Origin: Cryomorphaceae bacterium
GTDB lineage: Bacteria; Bacteroidota; Bacteroidia; Flavobacteriales; BACL11
Reading direction: 5' to 3'
Assembly (NCBI GenBank): GCA_949511925.1
Contig: CATEYX010000022.1
Location: 1-51,197 of the forward strand
Length of the DNA stretch: 51,197 bases
A model generated the notes under the pieces. That model did not search any database and was not told where the DNA came from. It worked only from the letters and a program-made list of their open reading frames with translations. How positions within the stretch are numbered: the stretch's first letter is position 1; each line of letters begins with the position of its first letter. Shown in pieces: positions 17,581-26,002 of this stretch. The position numbers and the translations under genes were made by a program.

Positions 17581-19800
17581 TTGAAAAAACTAGAAAGAAA
17601 ACTTTCCTTATCTTCTGTTATTGCAATAAGTATTGCAGGTATGTTAGGGTCCGGTATTTTTGTGCTACCAGGAATTGCTGCTGCAAAAACTGGATCTTCT
17701 ATCTGGCTAGCTTATCTGATAGCTGCTATCTGTATTTTACCTGCAGCTCTATCTAAGTCTGAGCTTGCTACTGCAATGCCTAAGTCAGGAGGTTCATACG
17801 TCTATATTGAAAGAGCATTAGGACCTCTATTTGGAACAATCTCTGGAATAGGTCTTTGGCTATCACTTCTTCTTAAGAGTTCCTTTGCTTTAGTTGGTTT
17901 TGGAGCCTACCTATTGGTACTAACAAATATACCTTCATCTGAAGTAGATACTTATATGCAGTATTTTTCTATAGGTTTTTTGATACTTATCATGTTTCTC
18001 AATATTTTTGGGGTTAAGAAAGTAGGTAAAATTCAATTGGTAATAGTTATATTAAGCTTACTAACACTACTTTCTATTTTATTTTTAGGATTACCAAAAG
18101 TTGATATGCAATTAACTCAATTTATGATTAATGGTGCTATGGGACTTGTTGAAACAGTAGCTTTTGTATATATTTCATATGCTGGGGTTACAAAAATTGC
18201 TGCAATAGCTGGAGAAGTTAAGAATCCAAGCAGAAATATCCCTCTAGCTATGCTTCTTTCATTACTTGTAATATCTAGTCTGTATGTTTCTATTGCTTAT
18301 ACTCTAGTTGGAAATGTGCAACTTGATATATTAGAAAAGGATATAAAACCTATCCATACATTAGCTACATTATTAGCTGGCGAATGGTTTGCTTATGGTG
18401 TAGCAATAATTGGAGTTATTACCCTTATATCTATGGCTAACTCTGGTGTTTTAGCATCATCTAGATTTCCTTTTGCTATGGCTATGGATAAACTACTTCC
18501 GAGTAATCTTGCTAAATTACACGATAAACACCTAACTCCTATAAATGCAATATTACTTACTTGTCTTATGATGGCATTAATAATTTTATTTTTAGATGTA
18601 CCGTCAATTGTAAAGTTAGCTAGTGCCTTTATGGTAAGTATGTTTATTACTGTTAATGTTTGTGTAATTGTTCTTAGAGAAACTGCTGTTCAATGGTATA
18701 AACCAACATATAAGTCTCCATTATATCCTTATGTACAGATTTTTGGAATCCTTAGTGGTCTAGTTCTTTTATTTAATTTAGGATGGATGCCTATACTTGT
18801 ATTGTTAATAATTGCCTTAATTGGAGTTCTGATTTATTATTTCTATGGCATTAAGGCTTCAAGAACAGGTGTATTAAGAAATTATGGACATAGAGCTGCT
18901 AAATTCCTATTTTTCAGAAAAACAAATGATGATGGAGAAACATCTATCGATAATTTATCTGATGAGAAGCATAAAGATTGGCTTGATGGTCAAATTAATC
19001 CTAATGCAGGTGTTATTATCCCTCTATTTGGCAATGAATATTCACCTGAATCTTTAATTGAACTAGGAGCTGCAATTAATCAAAGGGAAAGTCTGCAAGT
19101 AGTTAATATTAAAGAAGTACCAGATCAAACTTTTTTAGATGCTGTTCTTGTTGAAACACCAAAAATTAAATCATTAAAAAGACAATTGTCAATTGTTCAA
19201 GACATAAATAAATTACAACTCGATTTTGAATCAATAGTTACTCATAATGTGTCAGACACAATGCAAGTACTTTCTGATCATTTAAAATCTGATTGGCTTT
19301 TACTTTCGTGGGATGGTAGAGTAAGTAATGGTTTTCTAATAAATAATCCTTTAGGATGGATAGTAAGTAATATAAACTCAAATTTTGCGCTTTTCAAAGA
19401 TAATGGAGTTAGATATATTAGAGAAGTAGTTCTAGCAGTTCGTCCAAATAGTAAGGATATTGACAAACTAATTCGTACTACTGCAAATCTTTGTAAATTT
19501 TATAATGCTAGTTTTACTTTATTGCATGTTTTATCTAAAGATAGTTCTAAGAGCAATCTTGAGAAGATTAAAAATAATTCTCACTTATTATTAACTGAGT
19601 ACAATAATAAAGCGAACTTAAGAATTGAATATTCTGATAATCCCACTCTAACAGTTTCTGAACTTACAGCTGAGTACGATTTATTAGTATTAGGAACACC
19701 AAAAAAAGACACTTGGAAAAGCATGTTATTTGGTACAGGTAAGGATAAGTTTGCTGTAAATTCAGCATGCTCTGTATTAAGGCTTACGATTAATGATTAA
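17581..19800 (+). CDS. APC-superfamily amino-acid permease fused to C-terminal tandem universal-stress-protein (Usp)-like domains
   Basis: 739 aa with TTG start. The N-terminal ~430 aa hold about 12 TM helices (SIAGMLGSGIFVLPG, GGSYVYIERALGP). The C-terminal ~290 aa are soluble, with two Usp-like halves (ending LLVLGTPKKDTW...ACSVLRL). Confidence 0.8.
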   Translation: MKKLERKLSLSSVIAISIAGMLGSGIFVLPGIAAAKTGSSIWLAYLIAAICILPAALSKSELATAMPKSGGSYVYIERALGPLFGTISGIGLWLSLLLKSSFALVGFGAYLLVLTNIPSSEVDTYMQYFSIGFLILIMFLNIFGVKKVGKIQLVIVILSLLTLLSILFLGLPKVDMQLTQFMINGAMGLVETVAFVYISYAGVTKIAAIAGEVKNPSRNIPLAMLLSLLVISSLYVSIAYTLVGNVQLDILEKDIKPIHTLATLLAGEWFAYGVAIIGVITLISMANSGVLASSRFPFAMAMDKLLPSNLAKLHDKHLTPINAILLTCLMMALIILFLDVPSIVKLASAFMVSMFITVNVCVIVLRETAVQWYKPTYKSPLYPYVQIFGILSGLVLLFNLGWMPILVLLIIALIGVLIYYFYGIKASRTGVLRNYGHRAAKFLFFRKTNDDGETSIDNLSDEKHKDWLDGQINPNAGVIIPLFGNEYSPESLIELGAAINQRESLQVVNIKEVPDQTFLDAVLVETPKIKSLKRQLSIVQDINKLQLDFESIVTHNVSDTMQVLSDHLKSDWLLLSWDGRVSNGFLINNPLGWIVSNINSNFALFKDNGVRYIREVVLAVRPNSKDIDKLIRTTANLCKFYNASFTLLHVLSKDSSKSNLEKIKNNSHLLLTEYNNKANLRIEYSDNPTLTVSELTAEYDLLVLGTPKKDTWKSMLFGTGKDKFAVNSACSVLRLTIND

Positions 19801-19801
19801 A

Positions 19802-21922
19802 TTACTCAATAACTATTTTCTTCTCAACAGAACCATCATCATAAATATAAAATAAAGTGTTTTTATTAATTATTGATTTTGAATTCACTTCTCTTCCTAA
19901 TAAATCAGTAGTTCTTAAAAGAGTTCGCTCAGTTAAATTAGGATTTGAAAACCGAATAATACCAGGTTGTGTCCAAAAAATAATTGGCGACCAAGTTGCT
20001 GAACGATAAGCACCACCACTTGAAGAACACCAAGTACGAGCTTGAGCTCTATAGCTTGCTCCTGGTATTAAACCATTCTTATTTTTGGTTAATATAGGGT
20101 AAGTTATTCCAAAACCACCCACATTGAACCAAGTACTTCCTACAACATCAATTCTAGTTTTAATACGCACAAAGCTAAAAACTGAAGAAGTATCCCAAGT
20201 AAAAGTTGCTTTTGTATTAGTTGGTGTACTTACTTGTAAGTTATTAATATTTGTACACTCTCCTAAAGTTGTAAAGTTTTGTATTGAAGACCATTCACTA
20301 ATATCCCCATCACAAAACCAAACTTTCATTTGATATTCATAATTAGTAGAAGGTATTAAGTTTAGCAATAATTTATTTGTTTTGTTAGTAGCTGTATTAC
20401 ACGTACCTAATGGTGCTCCCATATTTTTCTGGCTCCAAGAGCTTGTTCCAGTTATCTTATACTTAATTCTATATTGATCAACTGAACAACTAATTGTACT
20501 CAAATCATCCCAATTAATAGTTGCTCTATCATGTATTACATTACTACTATAAAGGCCAGTTATTCCAATTCCCAAGCAAGTTGGATGTAAGTATGCGTCT
20601 TGCACATGCATTTGTCCATTACTAAGCAATGCTGTAATTGTATCAGAATTGAATCCTAATGCAGAAAAAACTAATTGATAAGTCCCGGAATTTACGATTG
20701 CCGATTGATAATGACCTAATAAGTTAGCTGTTTCAGTAGTCAGTGTTGTTAGTATTTCCATATTAGCATTTGGTATAGCTAAACCAGTAATACTATTAAT
20801 AATATTTCCTTTTAAATAACAAGCTTGCTGAAAATTACGACCATAAATTAATAGCCTTCCTTTTCCACTACTACTATTAATGTCAGATGAAATTATATTA
20901 CCTGAAGGTAAATAAGGATAAGTACCCCAACATCCGTCAAAACCATTTCCACTACCAAAATAAGAATCATAATTCCCAACTTCTATCATATAATTAGGAT
21001 GAGTAATATCATGCACTACCGTTCCATCACGATAATAAGAAGTAATCAAAAAATTACCATCTACAAAAGTATTATGCGGGATACTATTACTTCCTGGGTT
21101 AGATTGTATTCTATCTACTTCCTGTATATTATTTAGATCTGAAATATCATAAACAGTCAAATAAGCATCTGACTGCTCGTCAGTGGTAAATACAAAATCT
21201 CCATCATCAGAAACCCAAGAATTATGAGTAAATGTATTGGGAGTTGATTTAGAACCTAGAACAGTAGGATTAGCTTTATTACTAACATCAACAATATACA
21301 CCTTACCTGCATAGATACATCCAGCATACATAGTATCACCTCTAACCATAGCATCATGAATGTATTGTTCATTCCATTGGCCTAAGTGAGTAGGATTTGT
21401 TGGGTTAGTTGCTACATCTAAAAATATAGCTCCATTTGCAGGGGCAGGAATTCCTGCAGGATTAGACGCGCCAAAAATATAAGCTATTCCATTCTCATCG
21501 ATAAACAAATCATGAGCAGCCTCCCAATGTAATGTACTTCCTGTTGTAGGGTTGATAAAATCAGTAACATGCCAAAAGGTAGCTCCTGTCATGTCGGTCA
21601 AATCAATAATTAGAAGTCCTGCATCTGATTCGGTAGTTACGTATGCATAGTTACCATAAGTTTTAATATCTCTCCAAACTGAATAGATATCGGCTATAAA
21701 AAACTCTTCAAAAGGAGTTGAAGGGTTTGTAACATTTACACAAGAAACTCCATTTCTAAGTCCTACAAGAGCAAACTCATTACCAATACTATCAGCCCAT
21801 CCCCAAATATCATTTCCTTTTGTTGTTGGATAGTCGTAAGTTCCTAATAAATTCATATTCAAACTACTTTGTGCTGAAGATAGCATAGGCAGTAATAGTA
21901 AAATAAAATATAATTTTTTCAT
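19802..21922 (-). CDS. T9SS-secreted choice-of-anchor-B/LVIVD beta-propeller protein with CarboxypepD_reg-like and twin FN3-like domains
   Basis: 706 aa. Signal peptide MKKLYFILLLLPMLSSAQS. Propeller-type N-terminus (NDIWGWADSIGNEFALVGL, WRDIKTYGNYAYVTTE, GLLIIDLTD). FN3-like pair at aa ~449-653 and a short tail LFYIYDDGSVEKKIVIE. Confidence 0.65.
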   Translation of the reverse strand: MKKLYFILLLLPMLSSAQSSLNMNLLGTYDYPTTKGNDIWGWADSIGNEFALVGLRNGVSCVNVTNPSTPFEEFFIADIYSVWRDIKTYGNYAYVTTESDAGLLIIDLTDMTGATFWHVTDFINPTTGSTLHWEAAHDLFIDENGIAYIFGASNPAGIPAPANGAIFLDVATNPTNPTHLGQWNEQYIHDAMVRGDTMYAGCIYAGKVYIVDVSNKANPTVLGSKSTPNTFTHNSWVSDDGDFVFTTDEQSDAYLTVYDISDLNNIQEVDRIQSNPGSNSIPHNTFVDGNFLITSYYRDGTVVHDITHPNYMIEVGNYDSYFGSGNGFDGCWGTYPYLPSGNIISSDINSSSGKGRLLIYGRNFQQACYLKGNIINSITGLAIPNANMEILTTLTTETANLLGHYQSAIVNSGTYQLVFSALGFNSDTITALLSNGQMHVQDAYLHPTCLGIGITGLYSSNVIHDRATINWDDLSTISCSVDQYRIKYKITGTSSWSQKNMGAPLGTCNTATNKTNKLLLNLIPSTNYEYQMKVWFCDGDISEWSSIQNFTTLGECTNINNLQVSTPTNTKATFTWDTSSVFSFVRIKTRIDVVGSTWFNVGGFGITYPILTKNKNGLIPGASYRAQARTWCSSSGGAYRSATWSPIIFWTQPGIIRFSNPNLTERTLLRTTDLLGREVNSKSIINKNTLFYIYDDGSVEKKIVIE

Positions 21923-22597
21923 TTAAATATGTTTTGGTGAAAGTTTATAAATTACTACAATATGAATTAATCCGATTAATTGTACAAATAAAATATAAAA
22001 TGGCCAATCCCCTGTTATTAACGGGTTATTTACTGATGGCTTAGATAATAAAAACATATAATTTGTGTCAAGTGTTAAATTAATCGAAAAAACTATTACA
22101 AATACAATTTGTGCTCTTAAAAAAGTTTTCCACCAACTTAATGCTCTTAGTTTATAATTCATAACAAACATTAAATACAAAGGAACTAGTATCAAACTAC
22201 CATGCATAAAATAATATTCAAATATATGCCACTTACTCGAACCCCAAATTAACTCAGGAGTTAGTAGAGCATTTAAAGCTGAAGGCAGAGCTAAGAGTAA
22301 AGCCCATTCGTACATCCATTTTTTTTTATTAAGTAAAACTAATATGCAAATAAAATAAGAAATATTGCACAAATGGAGTGGGAGAAAATCTTGAACTGTC
22401 CAATCACCAATAATTATGGTATATATATTAGTAGTCACATAAACTAGTATGGCAAAATAGGCAAAATACTTATTTGTTTTTTCTTTAAATTCAATTGATT
22501 TATTTTTCAATAAAAGAATTATTAAACTGACTATAGCTAAACAACTTACTATCCCTTTCCACCATAGTGGAGAAAAAGGATCAATTATTTCGTGCAT
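21923..22597 (-). CDS. Integral membrane protein (TIGR02206/YwaF-like, from memory)
   Basis: 224 aa with about 7 TM helices and the motif LPLHLCNISYFICILVLL. It abuts the downstream gene with no spacer. Confidence 0.5.
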   Translation of the reverse strand: MHEIIDPFSPLWWKGIVSCLAIVSLIILLLKNKSIEFKEKTNKYFAYFAILVYVTTNIYTIIIGDWTVQDFLPLHLCNISYFICILVLLNKKKWMYEWALLLALPSALNALLTPELIWGSSKWHIFEYYFMHGSLILVPLYLMFVMNYKLRALSWWKTFLRAQIVFVIVFSINLTLDTNYMFLLSKPSVNNPLITGDWPFYILFVQLIGLIHIVVIYKLSPKHI

Positions 22598-22746
22598 TGA
22601 TATGATTTATTTTAAAATTAATTTTTATTATCTGAACTATTTTATCTTAGTAGTCCCGATTTTATTTATTCTTATTTACCTAGAAAATAAACTAGCATAA
22701 TTATTTTCTTTTGACTGTTAAGCCATCATATATGAAGAATTACTTT

Positions 22747-25700
22747 TTATTGCAAAATTAATTTTTTATTAATGATTCCGTCATTAGTTGTGATTTCAAA
22801 GAAATAGACACCCTTTGCATTATCATTTAGGTTTATCTTCTTAGTATACTCCCCAATAAACTGTTCTAAGTTTTCATTTAACAGCTCCTCTCCTATTACA
22901 TTCATTATTTTTACTCTTAAGTTTTGTTTAGTATCTAATGTAAAACTCACATTAAAAATATCTCTTGAAGGATTAGGATAAATAAATAAATTATTGATTG
23001 CACTACCTCCTTCAATTCTAATAGCATTTGGTTGCGCCCAGAAGATTGGAGATGTCCAACCTGAAGAACGGTAAGCTCCACCTGAAGGATCACACCATGT
23101 TCTTGCAGAAGCACGGTAAGTTTGTCCTGGATTTAATCCATTCTTATCCTTAGTAACTAATGGATAGAACACTCCAAATCCACCGGCAGTTGTCCAAACA
23201 GCATTAGTAGTGTCTGGCCTTAACTTAATACGTGCAAAACTATAAGCAGCTGTAGTATCCCAAGTAAATGTAGCTTTTGTAGTCGTTGGTGAAGTAACTG
23301 CAAAGTTAATTACACCTTGACACTCATCAGCTGTAGCAAAGTTTTGGATAGCAGACCATCCTGAAACGCCACCACCACAATACCAAGCTTTCATATAGTA
23401 CTCATACGTAGTTGAAGGAGTTAATCCTAAAATCTTCTTACTCGTAGTATTCAAGCCAAACACACATAAACCAGAACCTGACATTGTCTTAGAAGACCAT
23501 GTAGATACTCCTGTTTCTCTGTATCTAATACGATATTGAATAACCATACAATTAGCATCATTCATATTATCCCAATTTACTCTTGCTCTATCATGAATTA
23601 ATTCAGAAATATAAGCATTCGTAGGTGAAGGGTTAGTACATGTTGAAGTATACACACAAGAACTATCATCAATATTAGCAAGCGGGATATAGTTTAAGGC
23701 TAAAGAATCTGTACAGCCAAAAATAGAATTACAATTAGCACTAAAGCTAGCCCAATTATCAATATTTGTCCAGTTGGAAGTTGACCAAGATGGATTATCT
23801 ACATCTACACAATATAGGTTCGCGTTGTAGGTGATGTCAAAATAAATTAAAGCAGTATTATTTCCATTTCTTACATCAAGGCTGGTAAGTTGATTATTAT
23901 AACAACTTAATTCAGTTAAAGCAGTATTTTGACTTAAATCAAGGCTTGAAATCTGATTACCTTGGCAATACAAATAATATAACAACGTATTATTGGTTAA
24001 ATCAAGACTTGTGAGTTGATTAAAATCACAAAACAACCAAGTTAAATCAGTATTAGCACTTACATCAAGGCTTGAGATTTGATTAAACTCACAGCTCAAT
24101 TGAAATAAGTCAGTATTCTGACTTACATCAAGGCTGGTAAGTTGATTATTATAACAACTTAATTCAGTTAAATCAGTATTAGCACTTACATCAAGGCTTG
24201 TGATTTGATTAAACTCACAGCTCAATTGAATTAAGTCAGTATTCTGACTTACATCAAGGCTTGTTAGTTGATTATTATAACAATCTAATTCAATTAAATT
24301 AGTATTTAAACTCAAATCAAGGCTTGTAATTTGATTACCTACACAATACAGGTAATTTAAAGCAGTAAAATCTTCTATTCCTGTTAGATTATGAATATTG
24401 AGACTATTAACATTCAAATTTGTCACCGTATTAACATTTGCAGTAAGTACAGAATCATCTAAAATATTATCGTAGCCTAAATTAATAAGAGCCTGTTCAA
24501 AATTATCATCAGGCACATAAGTTTGTTGTTGATTATAAATACAACTTCCATCATCAACTGTTGCGGTAGAATCATAGTTAGCAACATTTACATCCATACA
24601 ACCAAATACTGGACATGAAGCTGAACCAACCGCAAACATAGTGGGCTGATGCATCATTTGCCAAGCAGCACTATTTACAGAAACAATAGGAATATAACCA
24701 TATACAGTGTAATCAATATTTGTTCCCCATGAATAGTTAATTTCATAACAACCATCAGGCAAACAAACTTGTAATGAATCAGTACCATCATCAGAAGCCA
24801 CAATAATTGAGTCACCATATTCATTGATGTCCCAATATCCACCATTATCTACTAGATAATAAAGTGATACAAAAGATGAAGTAGTCATTCCTGTTTTTAT
24901 TTCAATAAAATTATCAAAACAACATGAACCATCATCTATCGTAGCACTTGAATCATAGTTTAAAGATGTTGTATCTGTACACCCAAAAACTGGAGGGTGA
25001 TGAGCAATTATTACTCCTTTCATATCAGAAGATGCATGAGGCTGACATACATAATAAAACGTATGAGAATCATCTGGGATAAACATTCCTGTTGCTCCAA
25101 ACCCAAAACTAAAACCCCCATTTGAAGTATTTCCATTTACCAGCCAAACGCTATCGCTTACCTCTACAGCATTATGAGACCCTCCTAAAATAAAATTAAT
25201 TGTATCTCCCACATCACAAATAATGGTATCTGGCGAGAAACTCATTCCTAATGTTGTTATTGTATAAGAAGTGTAATCACAGCTATCATTTGTAATATTT
25301 GCTAATGGATTATAATTAATTGCTAAGGAATCTGTACATCCATATACTTGAGGAACCCATGCCGCTATAGCCGTATTCAATAAACCTTCAATAGTTGAGT
25401 AATTTTGAGCTGTTACACAGTACAAAGCACAAATAGTTGTATATGATCTATCAGGATAAATTACATAATATCCTGGGGTGTAATATAATTGATAATTTAT
25501 AGCAGTAGGTGATACATTGTTTGCTATAGAAAATGTAATTCCGTAAGTACTTGCAAAGTTAGCTACTGCAGCACTATCAGTTGCAGCATTAACTTCTAAA
25601 GCTAAGAATCTAGCAACATCTGTTCCGATTGGCCCATTTGTTAAATAAGAGTTTTCAGTTCCTGCTGCATGAGACTGACAGTGTCCACAAGTTGTACTCA

Positions 25701-25875
25701 ATAGTTCTAATACCATTACATAACCACTATCAAGATAATCGTATATAGTATGTGAATTCCCGTTTATATCAGTTACTGTAAAATTAGGAGCATATCCAGT
25801 TCCATTTAATAAACCAGATTGTGCATTTGCAAAAAGTGTTATGCAAATTAGTAGAAATGTTAGTATTTTTTTCAT
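22747..25875 (-). CDS. Large T9SS cargo: thioredoxin-like (CGHC) + cupredoxin (type-1 Cu) + unknown domain + LRR array + twin FN3-like + type-A CTD
   Basis: Start moved to MKKILTFLLICITLFANAQ (ATG 25873-25875), because the tracked ORF's first 18 aa have no signal peptide. TCGHCQ lies at 25678-25689. SHNAVEV and CQPHASSDM lie at 25021-25047. There are about nine 21-aa LRRs. The CTD reads IYPNPSRDIFNVSF...GVYFFEITTNDGIINKKLILQ. Confidence 0.85.
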   Translation of the reverse strand: MKKILTFLLICITLFANAQSGLLNGTGYAPNFTVTDINGNSHTIYDYLDSGYVMVLELLSTTCGHCQSHAAGTENSYLTNGPIGTDVARFLALEVNAATDSAAVANFASTYGITFSIANNVSPTAINYQLYYTPGYYVIYPDRSYTTICALYCVTAQNYSTIEGLLNTAIAAWVPQVYGCTDSLAINYNPLANITNDSCDYTSYTITTLGMSFSPDTIICDVGDTINFILGGSHNAVEVSDSVWLVNGNTSNGGFSFGFGATGMFIPDDSHTFYYVCQPHASSDMKGVIIAHHPPVFGCTDTTSLNYDSSATIDDGSCCFDNFIEIKTGMTTSSFVSLYYLVDNGGYWDINEYGDSIIVASDDGTDSLQVCLPDGCYEINYSWGTNIDYTVYGYIPIVSVNSAAWQMMHQPTMFAVGSASCPVFGCMDVNVANYDSTATVDDGSCIYNQQQTYVPDDNFEQALINLGYDNILDDSVLTANVNTVTNLNVNSLNIHNLTGIEDFTALNYLYCVGNQITSLDLSLNTNLIELDCYNNQLTSLDVSQNTDLIQLSCEFNQITSLDVSANTDLTELSCYNNQLTSLDVSQNTDLFQLSCEFNQISSLDVSANTDLTWLFCDFNQLTSLDLTNNTLLYYLYCQGNQISSLDLSQNTALTELSCYNNQLTSLDVRNGNNTALIYFDITYNANLYCVDVDNPSWSTSNWTNIDNWASFSANCNSIFGCTDSLALNYIPLANIDDSSCVYTSTCTNPSPTNAYISELIHDRARVNWDNMNDANCMVIQYRIRYRETGVSTWSSKTMSGSGLCVFGLNTTSKKILGLTPSTTYEYYMKAWYCGGGVSGWSAIQNFATADECQGVINFAVTSPTTTKATFTWDTTAAYSFARIKLRPDTTNAVWTTAGGFGVFYPLVTKDKNGLNPGQTYRASARTWCDPSGGAYRSSGWTSPIFWAQPNAIRIEGGSAINNLFIYPNPSRDIFNVSFTLDTKQNLRVKIMNVIGEELLNENLEQFIGEYTKKINLNDNAKGVYFFEITTNDGIINKKLILQ
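23800..24435 (-). repeat. Coding tandem array of 63-bp (21-aa) leucine-rich repeats
   Basis: Repeated LTSLDVSQNTDLxxLSCxxNQ units. Two adjacent 126-bp blocks (24042-24167 and 24168-24293) differ at only about 7 positions by eye. Confidence 0.9.
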
Positions 25876-25902
25876 GTCTGATAAGTTATAATTAGAAGGC
25901 TT

Positions 25903-25910
25903 CAAATGTA
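25903..25910 (-). promoter_or_regulatory. -7 promoter box TACATTTG (minus strand) for the large T9SS cargo gene
   Basis: The plus strand reads caaatgta. It lies 27 nt upstream of the ATG at 25873-25875. Confidence 0.35.
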
Positions 25911-25978
25911 GTGAAAATAGAATAAACATTAAGGTAAAAAAATCTATAAGCAGTCTAATAAAATAAATAATTTTCGGT

Positions 25979-25986
25979 TACATTTG
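25979..25986 (+). promoter_or_regulatory. -7 promoter box TACATTTG for the TonB-dependent receptor gene
   Basis: Exact TAnnTTTG match 16 nt upstream of the ATG at 26003. Confidence 0.35.
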
Positions 25987-26002
25987 CAAACATTTTAATT
26001 TT

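Noticed and set aside
23800-24435. Regular ~63-bp periodic repeats that could at first glance suggest a CRISPR-like array.
   Set aside because: The repeats are contiguous with no unique spacers, lie in frame inside a long ORF, and encode canonical leucine-rich repeats.
25876-25929. 18-codon N-terminal extension (MFILFSLHLKPSNYNLSD) of the 1060-aa tracked ORF.
   Set aside because: The internal MKKILTFLLICITLFANAQ is a textbook signal peptide, and a TACATTTG -7 box lies inside the extension. The shorter start at 25875 is therefore preferred.
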